Shown here one piece after another: positions 17,947 through 28,119 of a stretch of DNA of 64,000 nucleotides. Under the pieces are notes generated by a model, which saw nothing but the letters and a program-made list of their open reading frames with translations, made no database searches and had not been told where the DNA came from. Where the stretch lies: assembly GCA_945919465.1 (NCBI GenBank), contig CAMEJG010000007.1:1099-65098 (forward strand), in the 5' to 3' direction. How positions within the stretch are numbered: the stretch's first letter is position 1; every line of letters starts with the position of its first letter. The DNA is from an uncultured Anaeroplasma sp. (GTDB lineage: Bacteria; Bacillota_I; Bacilli_A; Acholeplasmatales; Anaeroplasmataceae). Both the position numbers and the translations under genes were made by a program.

Positions 17947-20900
17947 ATGACTATTAATGAGCTTTTGAATTTAGATAAAACTCAAGCATCTATTCAAAAG
18001 GTAAATATGTTTTTATGCTCAATAGAAAAAAATACATCTGAATATATGAAAGCTTTAACCTTTAAAGCATTAATTCTAGATGAGCTAAATAAAACCTCAG
18101 AAGCCCTAAAATTATTATATGAATATATTCCAGATATAAAAGAAATGACTAATGAAACTGTAGTAATACTTTTAGATGGAATTATTAATATTACACTTAA
18201 TAATGATTTATTTGATCAAACCATAAAATATATTGAACTTAAAAAAAACTTTCTTCCTTTATCAAAAGGTAGCTTATATATTAAGGATAAAATAGATCTT
18301 TATTTGAAAATGAATGATTATAATCAAGCTAAAATAGAATTATTATCTTATTTAGAAGATGATATTTCCAAAGATGAAATGATATTTGCTAAAATAAAAT
18401 TATCAGATATCTACTATAAATTAAAACAATATGATAAATTTGTAGAACTCATACCAGAATTAAAAAATTATTATGAAACTAATTTAGCATTAGAATCATT
18501 ATCTATATTAACTATAAAGGATTTAAAAATATCATTAGATAGAAGAAATTATAATAGAGTAATCAATGAGGGAAATGCATTTATTGAGGCTAATGATATT
18601 AAAATGAAATATATTATAGAAATATCAGCTATGATTATAAAATCCTATGTTGAAATAAATGAACTAAAAAAAGCTAGTATTTTAGAAAGTGATTATAGAG
18701 ATTTTTTATCAAGTGAATATTTATTAGAATCTCTAGATTTTTGTTATGCTTCATTAGAATTATATAAAAAGAATAATTCTTTAGTTTCAATTAAAGAATA
18801 TGAAGCTAAAATAAGTGAATTTGAAGCAATAAAGAATAAAGAAAAGCCTAAATCTAAAAAGAATTTAAAAATAAAAGAAATTACTATTCCGATAGTTGAA
18901 ATACCAAATAATGTTATTGAAGAAATTAATGATAATAATAATTATGGTTATTTATTAAAATCTAAAAAAGAAGAAATAATAAATAAAACAATAACTAATG
19001 AAAAAATAAAGGATATTAATATAAGTAAAACCTATGAATTATTGAAAGATATATTTAATTCATTAAATCAGGTTGATCTAGATATGAAATTTAGAGAAAT
19101 ATTTAGATTAGCTGCAATTTCAATATCAAAAGCTTTTGATATTGAAGAAATATATATTCTATATTTTAATAGAAGTTATTTAGGACTTCACTATAAAAAG
19201 GAAAGAGTTTATGATAAAAAATTAGATATAGATAATCTAAATAATACTATTTCTTATCAAACTATATTACAAAATAATGAATTATTCTTAGATGATTATG
19301 ATAAAGAATACAATATTAATATTGTTACTAATGAAGAATATCCTTCTAATACTTATGCTTATTCAATACCAATTTCTAATTCTATAGAATGCTTTGGTAG
19401 TATTACATATATATCTAATAAGCAATTTATAGAATCTGATGGAGTTTATGAATCATTAAAATTAATATCTATGATGTTAGGTTCTCGTTTGTTATTATTT
19501 ATGAAATCTAATCAAATTAATCTAGAAAATCAAAAGCTATTATTCATTAAGGATAATATGTCATCGGGATTAAAGGAATGTGTTGAGGGTTATATTCATT
19601 TAAATACTCAAGCTCATAATATTTTAGGGGGCTTAGAGGATTTGACTTTGGATGATTATTATAATCATATGGAAATTTCTGATATTACTAATTATAAAAA
19701 TATTATTGAATCTTTATATAATTTAGATTCTAATAAAAGAGAAATAGAATATGATTATAATAAGGATGGAAAGAAAATAAGAATAAAGGAAAGATTTTAT
19801 CCATTATTAATAGAAGGTACAATTCATATATTATCATTAATAGATGATATTTCTAAAGATAATAAGGATAAGAATAAGCTATTAGCTTTAGCTTATACTA
19901 ATCCTATTTCTAAATTAGATACAGAATATAAGCTATTAACAGATTTAGAACAATTATATTCAAAAAGACAATTAAGTCTTACAGTATTATCAGTGGTTGA
20001 TTTTAAAATATATGAAGAGCTATATGGCTATTTATTTACAAAACAGCTTATTTTCGCAATAGGAAAGGCTATAAAAGAAACAATAGCTTCTAATTTTGAT
20101 TTTAGATTATATCATTTAGAGGGAAATCAATATGCTATATTGATGGAAAAAATAAATGATAGAAGATCAATAGATTCTAAATTAAATAATATATTTAATA
20201 GAGTTCATGATGAAATATTAAAAATTAATTCTAGAGCATCTATTTATTTTATGGCTGGAGTATTTAGAATGAACAAAAGTATGAATCTAGAGAAAAGCTC
20301 ATTAATATTAGATTATGCAAAAGAAGCCTTAAATAATTGTAAAAATATAGGTCTATCTCATATAATCGTACACTATGATGGTGAAGAAGCAAGAAGAAAT
20401 TTCAATAAAAAGAATCTAGTTACTCATATTTCTGAATGTATAGACCATGGAAGCTTAATTCTTAATTATCAACAAATAGTTGATATAAAAAATGTTGAGG
20501 TTTATGGATATATTATAAAGCTTGGAATTGACAATTTAGAAATTGAAGATAGTTTATTTAATTCTGTTATTAAAAGAAGAGATTTAGAAAATCAAATGGA
20601 TAAATATTTAATATCTAATGCTTTTAAAGAAGAAAAAATGTTATATGATAAATGTAGAGGATATATAAATATTTTTATTGAAATTAATTTAGATACCTTT
20701 GATTCTACATTTATTAATTTTATTAATACTCAGCTTCAATTTTTTAAAATTGATCCTAAATTTATTACCTTTATCACTAAAAATGCTAGTTCTTTAGTTA
20801 TTCAAAAGCTAAGAGAGATAGGGTTTAAAATAGCTAGCTATGAATTATTAGATGTATTTAGAGAATATACTGATTTTTATTTATATGATTATCATTTATC

Positions 20901-21090
20901 TAAAATAGATAATACTAATGAGATATATGAAATATGTAATAATCATAAAGGCATTTGTATATTAACTGAAATAAATACTAAAGAGGATATTGAATATGCA
21001 AGAGAACAAAATTATTCTATTATAATTGGTAAATATTATAAAAAGAATTTAAGAATGAAAGCTATTATTGATAGTATAAAAAAAGAATAA
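17947..21090 (+). CDS. Multidomain protein: helical-repeat N-terminus, GAF-like, PAS-like, degenerate GGDEF and degenerate EAL
   Basis: TNPISKL...DFKIYEELYG...(LEGNQY in place of GGDEF)...YAKEAL; YQQIVD...VYG (no EAL), IEIN, LGFKIA; GAF-like PISNSIECFGSI. Confidence 0.75.
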   Translation: MTINELLNLDKTQASIQKVNMFLCSIEKNTSEYMKALTFKALILDELNKTSEALKLLYEYIPDIKEMTNETVVILLDGIINITLNNDLFDQTIKYIELKKNFLPLSKGSLYIKDKIDLYLKMNDYNQAKIELLSYLEDDISKDEMIFAKIKLSDIYYKLKQYDKFVELIPELKNYYETNLALESLSILTIKDLKISLDRRNYNRVINEGNAFIEANDIKMKYIIEISAMIIKSYVEINELKKASILESDYRDFLSSEYLLESLDFCYASLELYKKNNSLVSIKEYEAKISEFEAIKNKEKPKSKKNLKIKEITIPIVEIPNNVIEEINDNNNYGYLLKSKKEEIINKTITNEKIKDINISKTYELLKDIFNSLNQVDLDMKFREIFRLAAISISKAFDIEEIYILYFNRSYLGLHYKKERVYDKKLDIDNLNNTISYQTILQNNELFLDDYDKEYNINIVTNEEYPSNTYAYSIPISNSIECFGSITYISNKQFIESDGVYESLKLISMMLGSRLLLFMKSNQINLENQKLLFIKDNMSSGLKECVEGYIHLNTQAHNILGGLEDLTLDDYYNHMEISDITNYKNIIESLYNLDSNKREIEYDYNKDGKKIRIKERFYPLLIEGTIHILSLIDDISKDNKDKNKLLALAYTNPISKLDTEYKLLTDLEQLYSKRQLSLTVLSVVDFKIYEELYGYLFTKQLIFAIGKAIKETIASNFDFRLYHLEGNQYAILMEKINDRRSIDSKLNNIFNRVHDEILKINSRASIYFMAGVFRMNKSMNLEKSSLILDYAKEALNNCKNIGLSHIIVHYDGEEARRNFNKKNLVTHISECIDHGSLILNYQQIVDIKNVEVYGYIIKLGIDNLEIEDSLFNSVIKRRDLENQMDKYLISNAFKEEKMLYDKCRGYINIFIEINLDTFDSTFINFINTQLQFFKIDPKFITFITKNASSLVIQKLREIGFKIASYELLDVFREYTDFYLYDYHLSKIDNTNEIYEICNNHKGICILTEINTKEDIEYAREQNYSIIIGKYYKKNLRMKAIIDSIKKE

Positions 21091-21113
21091 TTTTATATTT
21101 CTAATCATATACT
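21087..21113 (+). promoter_or_regulatory. sigmaE-type (mother-cell) promoter
   Basis: ATA (21087-21089)-N16-CATATACT (21106-21113); the sigmaE consensus is ATA-N16-18-cATAcanT. Confidence 0.5.
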
Positions 21114-21131
21114 TTAATGAAGGTGATTAGG

Positions 21132-21623
21132 ATGAAAAGGAAGCTAAAGCTACCAATATTATTATTAGCTGCAGTAGCAATGATGTCTATTTTCTATATT
21201 AAGGAAGCAAGTAAAGATATAGGAGATCAAGGTGCTTCTGGTGATACTCTAGATTCGACTGTCTTATACCCTGAATTTAGTGAGCTTAGATTGAATCATT
21301 TAGAGGAAGTAAATTTAACTCTTAGTGAATATGAAGCTAAAATCGCCAGTGGAGAGCTTAATGCGAATGAAGTTTCAGAGTGTAGTTTATTAATGGAGGA
21401 CATTAAAAGAAATGTTGATCTAGAAATGAAATTTGAGGATGCATTACTTGAAAACTATGATTATGATGATGTATTAGTTCTTATTGGAGAAGATTATATT
21501 GATGTAAGAATTTATACAGAAGAGGATGTTAGGAAAAATGCAGTTTCGATTATGAAACTTGTTTCAGAGCATTTTGATAGCTATAGAACAATTAAAATAA
21601 CTCCAGTTGCTAAAACTGATTAG
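21132..21623 (+). CDS. SpoIIIAH-like family protein
   Basis: N-terminal TM, then FSELRL...IAS...E.KFEDALLE...DDVLVLIGEDYIDVRI, typical of SpoIIIAH. The start at 21132 is preferred (SD AAGGTGA). Confidence 0.7.
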   Translation: MKRKLKLPILLLAAVAMMSIFYIKEASKDIGDQGASGDTLDSTVLYPEFSELRLNHLEEVNLTLSEYEAKIASGELNANEVSECSLLMEDIKRNVDLEMKFEDALLENYDYDDVLVLIGEDYIDVRIYTEEDVRKNAVSIMKLVSEHFDSYRTIKITPVAKTD

Positions 21624-21659
21624 AAAAAATGCCATTACTGAAATAGTAATGGTTTTTTC
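21624..21659 (+). terminator. Intrinsic terminator
   Basis: CCATTACT/AGTAATGG stem followed by T6. Confidence 0.75.
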
Positions 21660-21913
21660 AATTAATCATTAAGATATGAATGATTATAAATTATTTTTTG
21701 GTATAGAGCCTAAAACTTTTAAAGATTAATGTTCATTATTAGACATAATAATAATAATTTTATATTAAAACATAGTTGCTAAAATATTTCGAAAAAATAT
21801 TTAAATTATTGAAATGTTTACTAAAATACATAATATATCTTTAATTTATATAAATTATTTGCTAGAATTTTATTATAATAAGCGATATTAATTTAATATT
21901 TTTGGGGGTTAAT

Positions 21914-24040
21914 ATGAATAAAATAATTTATGCAAAATTTATTGATGATTTAAAAATTGAATTTAGTGTCAATAATTCTATTAAGTCATATACTATTTAT
22001 TCTGATTCTAAAATAATAGAAACTAATAGTGGAACTAAGGATAAATCCTTATATCTTATTTCCTTAGACAAAGATATCTTTGATGCTAGAAATACCTATA
22101 GTGTGGAGGTTCTATTTTTAGATGATAGAATTGATAAAATTGATATAGATTTATTATCTTTATATAAGACTAGCTTTTTTAATGATAAATATTATTATTC
22201 TGGCAAGGATTTAGGAGTTACATATAATAAAAAATACACTACCTTTAAGGTTTATTCACCTTTAAGTAAAGAAATAATATTAAAGGTTTATTCTAATGGT
22301 ACTCCAAAATTTATTGATGAACTTAAGGGAAGTGATATTCCTTTATTTATTGTACCTATGGATTATAATGATAATGGTATTTTTTCTGCAACTATTCATG
22401 AAAATTTAGAGGGAATGTATTATACCTATACAGTAACAAATTCTAAATATCAAAACATTGAGGTTGTTGACCCTTACGCCAAATCAGCAGGAATTAATGG
22501 CTTAAGAGGAATGATTGTAGATTTTTCTAAAACAAACCCTAAGGGATGGGAAAATGTCGATATAATTCCTTATAGTAAAAATGAAATGGTTGTTTATGAA
22601 ACTCATATTAGTGATATTACATCATCATCTTCATGGAGTAATGATAGTAATAATTTAGTATATAAGCATACCTTTAAAGGGGCAACAATTCCTAATACTA
22701 CATATACACAGGACGGCATTACAGTAAAAACAGGTTTTGATCATATTAAGGAACTAGGAATTAATACCCTACAAATCTTACCATTTTTTGATCATGATAA
22801 TGATGAGACTAATATGATATTTAATTGGGGCTATAATCCCTTAAATTATAATTGCCTTGAAGGTGGTTATTCAACTAATCCTTATGATGGATATGTAAGA
22901 ATTAAAGAATTTAAAGAATTAGTTATGAAATATCATAATGAAAATATTAATATCATTATGGATGTTGTTTATAACCATGTTGATGATGCATTAAAATCTA
23001 ATTTTGAGATATTAGTTCCAGGCTATTATTTTAGACATGATTCATTGGGTAATTTATCTAATGGTTCTGGTTGTGGCAATGAAACTGCATCAGAAATGCC
23101 AATGTTTAGAAAATTTATGATTGATTCTTTAGAATTTTTAGCTAAAGAATATAAGCTATTTGGCTTTAGATTTGATCTAATGGCTGTTCATGATTATGAA
23201 ACAATGAATTTAATTGTAAAAAATCTAAAAGAAAAGGTTAATCCAAATATTGTTGTTTATGGAGAACCATGGGTTGGTGGAGAAAGTAGCTTAGATCCTA
23301 AATTAAGCGCTAGTCAGGCTAATGGCAATAAATATATTGGCTATGGACAATTTAATGATCAATACCGTGATGCCTTAATTATGGGTGGTATGAAGGCTAA
23401 AGAGGAATTAGGCTGGGTTAATAACACTAATAAAACTATTGATAAAGAAATGGATAAAATTAAAAATGGTATTTTAGGCTATACTACAGGTGGAGCTAGT
23501 GATATTCTTGATAATGATAAAACAGTCACTTATGTAACTTGCCATGATAATTATACTTTATACGATAGAATGAAGGCGGCTGGAATAAATGATGATGAGG
23601 TTATTAAGAAAATGGCTATTTTAGCTAATTCAATGGTTTTGACTTCAAAGGGTATTTCATTTATTTTGGCTGGAGAGGAATTCCTTAGAACAAAACATGG
23701 AGAGGATAATTCCTATAATTTGTCATATAAAATAAATGAATTAGATTATTCTTTAAAGGTTAAGAATAATGATATGTTTGAAATATATAAAAAATTAATA
23801 TATTTTAAGAAGAATATTCTTAAAAATAATGAAATTTATGATATTAATATTAGTGAAAATAATAATCAAATAACATATAAATTAAAAAATGAAAATATAG
23901 AATATTTAATTATTCATAATAATTCTTATAATGTTGATAAATTATTAAATTTAGATATATCTTCATATAAAATATATTTAAATACCAGCAACAATAATAA
24001 TACAAATAATCCATGGCAAACATTAATATTATATAAATAA
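21914..24040 (+). CDS. pulA: Type I pullulanase (GH13)
   Basis: VDPYAKS, YETHISD, LQILPF, YNWGY-like FNWGYNP, MDVVYNH, GFRFDLMA, YGEPW, CHDN and AGEEFLRTK. ATG at 21914 follows a GGGGG SD. Confidence 0.93.
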   Translation: MNKIIYAKFIDDLKIEFSVNNSIKSYTIYSDSKIIETNSGTKDKSLYLISLDKDIFDARNTYSVEVLFLDDRIDKIDIDLLSLYKTSFFNDKYYYSGKDLGVTYNKKYTTFKVYSPLSKEIILKVYSNGTPKFIDELKGSDIPLFIVPMDYNDNGIFSATIHENLEGMYYTYTVTNSKYQNIEVVDPYAKSAGINGLRGMIVDFSKTNPKGWENVDIIPYSKNEMVVYETHISDITSSSSWSNDSNNLVYKHTFKGATIPNTTYTQDGITVKTGFDHIKELGINTLQILPFFDHDNDETNMIFNWGYNPLNYNCLEGGYSTNPYDGYVRIKEFKELVMKYHNENINIIMDVVYNHVDDALKSNFEILVPGYYFRHDSLGNLSNGSGCGNETASEMPMFRKFMIDSLEFLAKEYKLFGFRFDLMAVHDYETMNLIVKNLKEKVNPNIVVYGEPWVGGESSLDPKLSASQANGNKYIGYGQFNDQYRDALIMGGMKAKEELGWVNNTNKTIDKEMDKIKNGILGYTTGGASDILDNDKTVTYVTCHDNYTLYDRMKAAGINDDEVIKKMAILANSMVLTSKGISFILAGEEFLRTKHGEDNSYNLSYKINELDYSLKVKNNDMFEIYKKLIYFKKNILKNNEIYDINISENNNQITYKLKNENIEYLIIHNNSYNVDKLLNLDISSYKIYLNTSNNNNTNNPWQTLILYK

Positions 24041-24047
24041 ATTCAAT

Positions 24048-24078
24048 GGTACTAGAGTTTATACTTTAGTACTTTTTT
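24048..24078 (+). terminator. Intrinsic terminator of pulA
   Basis: GGTACTAGAGT/ACTTTAGTACT followed by a T-run. Confidence 0.7.
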
Positions 24079-24105
24079 ATAAATAAATTAGATATATGAG
24101 ACTAA

Positions 24106-24133
24106 AGTTTCGAATTTTTTCGAAATAGTTTCG
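24106..24133. promoter_or_regulatory. Candidate operator upstream of malQ
   Basis: TTTCGAA-TTTT-TTCGAAA inverted repeat plus a third TTTCG. The same TTTCGAAA core lies upstream of pulA (21787-21794). Confidence 0.4.
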
Positions 24134-24255
24134 GAAAATGATTATCGTTTGTGAAGATTTTACTAAACTAGAATCAAATGATTGAAAGATTGATTTTTTT
24201 TGATAAAATTTAATTGTATGAATCGATTTTTAATTAAAAATATTGGAGGTTTAAA

Positions 24256-25755
24256 ATGACTTCAGAAAGAAAAGCAGGTGTTTTATTACACATTACTAGT
24301 CTTCCATCAAAATATGGTGTAGGAACTCTTGGTATAGAAGCATATAATTTTATAGATTGGTTACATGATGCAAAACAAAGTATTTGGCAGGTATTACCAC
24401 TTACTCCAACAAATTATGGAGATTCTCCATATCAAAGTGTCTCATCTACTGCTCTAAATTATTATCTTATTGATTTTGATATCTTAAATCAAAAGGGATT
24501 ATTATTAAAGAAGGATTATAATAATGTTAAATTTAGTTATAATAAAAATAGGGTAGATTATAGTATTTTATTTAATGAAAAGATAAAGCTATTAAAAAAG
24601 GCTTTTACTAATTTTGATACTAGCTGTAAAAAATTTAAAAAATTTGTTAATGATGGTGAATATAAATATTTTGCAGTATTTATGACAATAAAAGCTATGC
24701 ATAATTATTTATCATTTGATAAATGGGATATAAATTATCAAACTTATAGTGAGGAATTAGTAAATAATATAATAAATGAGCATAATAATGATTATTTATT
24801 TTGGGTTTGGACTCAATATGAGTTTTTAGATGAATGGAATAAGCTTCATAGCTATGCTAAGAAAAGAGGAATTGAAATAATGGGAGATATGCCATTATAT
24901 ATTGCTTATGACTCAGTTGAGGTTTGGAAGAATCCTGAAATGTTTATTCTAGATGAAGCTAAGAAGCCTAAATTAGTTGCAGGATGCCCACCTGATGCAT
25001 TCACTAGTGATGGTCAATTATGGGGAAATCCTGTATATGATTGGAAATATATGAAGGATAATAATTATTCTTGGTGGAATGAAAGATTAAATAGTGCTTT
25101 TAAATTATATGATATTGTTAGAATTGATCATTTTAGAGGCTTTGATAGATTTTATGCGATTGATAGTCATGAAACTACAGCTAGAAATGGTAAATGGCTA
25201 GATGGACCAAAAATTGATTTATTTAAGGATAAACTAAATTTAAGAATTGTAGCTGAAGATTTAGGTGTAATTGATGATGGTGTTATTAAGCTAATGAAGG
25301 ATACTGGATATCCTGGAATGAAAATAATGGAATTTGCGTTTGATGGAAATAAAAATAATGAGCATAAGCCATCAAATACAACCGAAAATTATATTATTTA
25401 TACAGGTACTCATGATAATGAGCCATTATATTCATATATTAAAAATTTATCTAAAGAAGCCTTTAAAAGATTCAAAGATGATGTAAAGGATGAAGCATCT
25501 AAGCTTAATGTAGAAATATCTAGCTATAGCTATAAAAATCTTGTTGATATTATAGTAGAGCTTGGTTATGCTTCAAAAGCTAAATATGCTATTTTCCCTA
25601 TTCAAGATTTACTAGCATTAGATAATGATACTAGAATGAATTTGCCTTCTACAGTATCAACTAATAACTGGAGCTATAGAGTAGCTAAAAAAGATATTAA
25701 TGATGAATTGATGTTAAGATTGAAAAAATATTCTAAAAAATATAGGAGAGGTTAA
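24256..25755 (+). CDS. malQ: 4-alpha-glucanotransferase (GH77)
   Basis: GVLLHITSLP, WQVLPL, SPYQS, GDMPLY, GCPPDAF...GQLWGNP, RIDHFRGF, AEDLG and YTGTHDN. Confidence 0.97.
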   Translation: MTSERKAGVLLHITSLPSKYGVGTLGIEAYNFIDWLHDAKQSIWQVLPLTPTNYGDSPYQSVSSTALNYYLIDFDILNQKGLLLKKDYNNVKFSYNKNRVDYSILFNEKIKLLKKAFTNFDTSCKKFKKFVNDGEYKYFAVFMTIKAMHNYLSFDKWDINYQTYSEELVNNIINEHNNDYLFWVWTQYEFLDEWNKLHSYAKKRGIEIMGDMPLYIAYDSVEVWKNPEMFILDEAKKPKLVAGCPPDAFTSDGQLWGNPVYDWKYMKDNNYSWWNERLNSAFKLYDIVRIDHFRGFDRFYAIDSHETTARNGKWLDGPKIDLFKDKLNLRIVAEDLGVIDDGVIKLMKDTGYPGMKIMEFAFDGNKNNEHKPSNTTENYIIYTGTHDNEPLYSYIKNLSKEAFKRFKDDVKDEASKLNVEISSYSYKNLVDIIVELGYASKAKYAIFPIQDLLALDNDTRMNLPSTVSTNNWSYRVAKKDINDELMLRLKKYSKKYRRG

Positions 25756-25756
25756 T

Positions 25757-28045
25757 ATGAAATACTCTGAACAAATTGAATTAATATTAAATTCATATTA
25801 TGGACATAGTACAAAGGATGCATCCGTTAAGGAACTATATAATGCAGTATCAAGAATTGTAATGAATGAAGCATTACCAAAATGGGATGCAACAAAAAAG
25901 AGTGAAGGAAAAAGATGTGGTTATTTATCTTTAGAATTTCTAATTGGTAGATTAGTATATTCTAATATGCTTAATTTAGGAATATTAGAAGATATGAAAA
26001 AAACTCTTAAAAGCTTAGGAAGAGATATTAATGAATTTGAAGAAATTGAAGATGATGCTTTAGGAAATGGTGGTTTAGGTAGACTTGCTGCATGTTTCTT
26101 AGATAGTGCAGCTACTCATGATATAAAGCTTGATGGTTATGGCTTAAGATACAAATATGGACTATTTAAACAATCATTTGTAGATGGTTATCAGCATGAA
26201 GAGGCAGATGATTGGCAAAAATGGGGAGATCCATTTAGCATAAGAAAAGAAGAAGATAAGGTATTAGTTCATTTTAGTGATTTTGATGTTTTGGCTATAC
26301 CTTATGATTATCCTGTTATTGGTTATAATAGTAATACTATTAACACATTAAGATTATGGCAAGCAGAAAATGCTAATGATTTTAATTTTACTGATTTTGA
26401 TAATATGAATGGTAAAACAAATGCAGTAGCTGATTATCAGGCTAATGAAATTACTTATGTTTTATATCCAAATGATAATTCCTTAGAAGGTAAATATTTA
26501 AGACTACGTCAAGAATATTTTATGGTAAGTGCTTCTTTACAGGATTTTATTAATAAATATAAAAAGAAAGGCTTATCATTTAATGAAATAAGTAATTATC
26601 AAATATGGCAATTAAATGATACTCATCCTACTTTAGCTATTCCTGAATTTATTAGATTATTAAATAATGAAGGCTTAAGCTATAATGAGGGTTTAGCTAT
26701 CGCAAGAAAATGCTTTAACTTTACTAATCATACTATTATGGGTGAAGCATTAGAAAAATGGCCAGTATTTATGCTTAATGAATTAATCCCAGATGTATAT
26801 AATGTAATTCAATTTTTACAAACAAAAATTGAAGAAGAATTACATAATCCTAATTTATTTATTATCCATGATAATGTAGTACATATGGCTAATCTAGCTA
26901 TATTTGTTTCTTCTCATGTAAATGGTGTTGCTAAAATTCATACAAATATTTTAAAAAATGATACCTTTAAAATGTGGAATGAGGTATACCCTAATAAGAT
27001 TTTAAATGTTACAAATGGTATTACTCCTCGTAGATGGGTAGCATTAAATAATCCTAAGCTTGCAAAACTAATTTCAAATAAAATTGGTGATGAGTGGATT
27101 AAGGATTTAAGTAAGCTTGAAGAATTAAAGCCTTATATTGATGAAAAATTTGTTAATGATTTTATCAAGATAAAAAATGATAATAAAAAAATATTATCTA
27201 AATATATTAAAGAACATGATAATGTAGATATTGATAGCTCCTTTATTTTTGATATTCAAATTAAAAGATTACATGAATATAAGCGTCAGCTATTAAATGC
27301 TTTATCAATTTTATATATTTATAATGAATTAAAGACAGGAAATTTAAAAGATTTTAAGCCTCAAGCATTTATTTTTGGAGCTAAAAGTGCTCCAGGCTAT
27401 TATATCGCAAAGGCAATAATTAAATTCATTAATGAAATTGCTAATTTAGTAAATAATGATCCTCAAGTTAATAATAAGCTTAAGGTTATATTTGTTGAAA
27501 ATTATAATGTATCTTATGCCGAAAGATTAGTATGTGCTGCTGATATTTCAGAACAAATTTCAATGGCAGGTATGGAAGCTTCTGGTACTGGTAATATGAA
27601 GTTTATGGCTAATGGTACTCCAACATTAGGTACTTTAGATGGAGCTAATGTTGAAATTTGTGATATGGCAGGAATTGATAATAACTATATCTTTGGATTA
27701 ACTGTTGATGAGGTTAATGAGCTTAAAAAGAATTATGATCCTAATTGGTATTTAGATAATAATTTAAAGCTTAAGGCAGTAGTTAATACCTTAATTGATG
27801 GAACCTTTAATGATGAAAAGGGCTATTTAAAAGCTTTATATAATAGCTTAACTACAGGTGATAGAAAGGATTATTATTTAGTATTTGCTGATTTTGATTC
27901 TTATATTAATGCTAAGCTTAAGGTTAATAGTGAATTTGGAACAAAAGAGTATTATCATAAATGCATCCAAAATATGTTAAATTGTTCTAAATTTTCATCT
28001 GATCGTTCTATTAATGATTATAATGAATTAATTTGGAAATTATAA
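25757..28045 (+). CDS. glgP: Glycogen/starch/maltodextrin phosphorylase
   Basis: LGNGGLGRLAACF, LRQEYF, QLNDTHP, TNHT, NVTNGITPRRW, IKRLHEYKRQ and EASGTGNMK. Confidence 0.97.
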   Translation: MKYSEQIELILNSYYGHSTKDASVKELYNAVSRIVMNEALPKWDATKKSEGKRCGYLSLEFLIGRLVYSNMLNLGILEDMKKTLKSLGRDINEFEEIEDDALGNGGLGRLAACFLDSAATHDIKLDGYGLRYKYGLFKQSFVDGYQHEEADDWQKWGDPFSIRKEEDKVLVHFSDFDVLAIPYDYPVIGYNSNTINTLRLWQAENANDFNFTDFDNMNGKTNAVADYQANEITYVLYPNDNSLEGKYLRLRQEYFMVSASLQDFINKYKKKGLSFNEISNYQIWQLNDTHPTLAIPEFIRLLNNEGLSYNEGLAIARKCFNFTNHTIMGEALEKWPVFMLNELIPDVYNVIQFLQTKIEEELHNPNLFIIHDNVVHMANLAIFVSSHVNGVAKIHTNILKNDTFKMWNEVYPNKILNVTNGITPRRWVALNNPKLAKLISNKIGDEWIKDLSKLEELKPYIDEKFVNDFIKIKNDNKKILSKYIKEHDNVDIDSSFIFDIQIKRLHEYKRQLLNALSILYIYNELKTGNLKDFKPQAFIFGAKSAPGYYIAKAIIKFINEIANLVNNDPQVNNKLKVIFVENYNVSYAERLVCAADISEQISMAGMEASGTGNMKFMANGTPTLGTLDGANVEICDMAGIDNNYIFGLTVDEVNELKKNYDPNWYLDNNLKLKAVVNTLIDGTFNDEKGYLKALYNSLTTGDRKDYYLVFADFDSYINAKLKVNSEFGTKEYYHKCIQNMLNCSKFSSDRSINDYNELIWKL

Positions 28046-28072
28046 TTTTATTTTAAATCTATTTTCTCCTAA

Positions 28073-28104
28073 GATAGCTCTCACTTTTAGTGGGAGCTAT
28101 CATT
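28073..28104 (+). terminator. Hairpin after glgP (likely terminator)
   Basis: GATAGCTCTCACT/AGTGGGAGCTATC stem with a short T tail. Confidence 0.6.
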
Positions 28105-28119
28105 TAATGAGGTATATTT

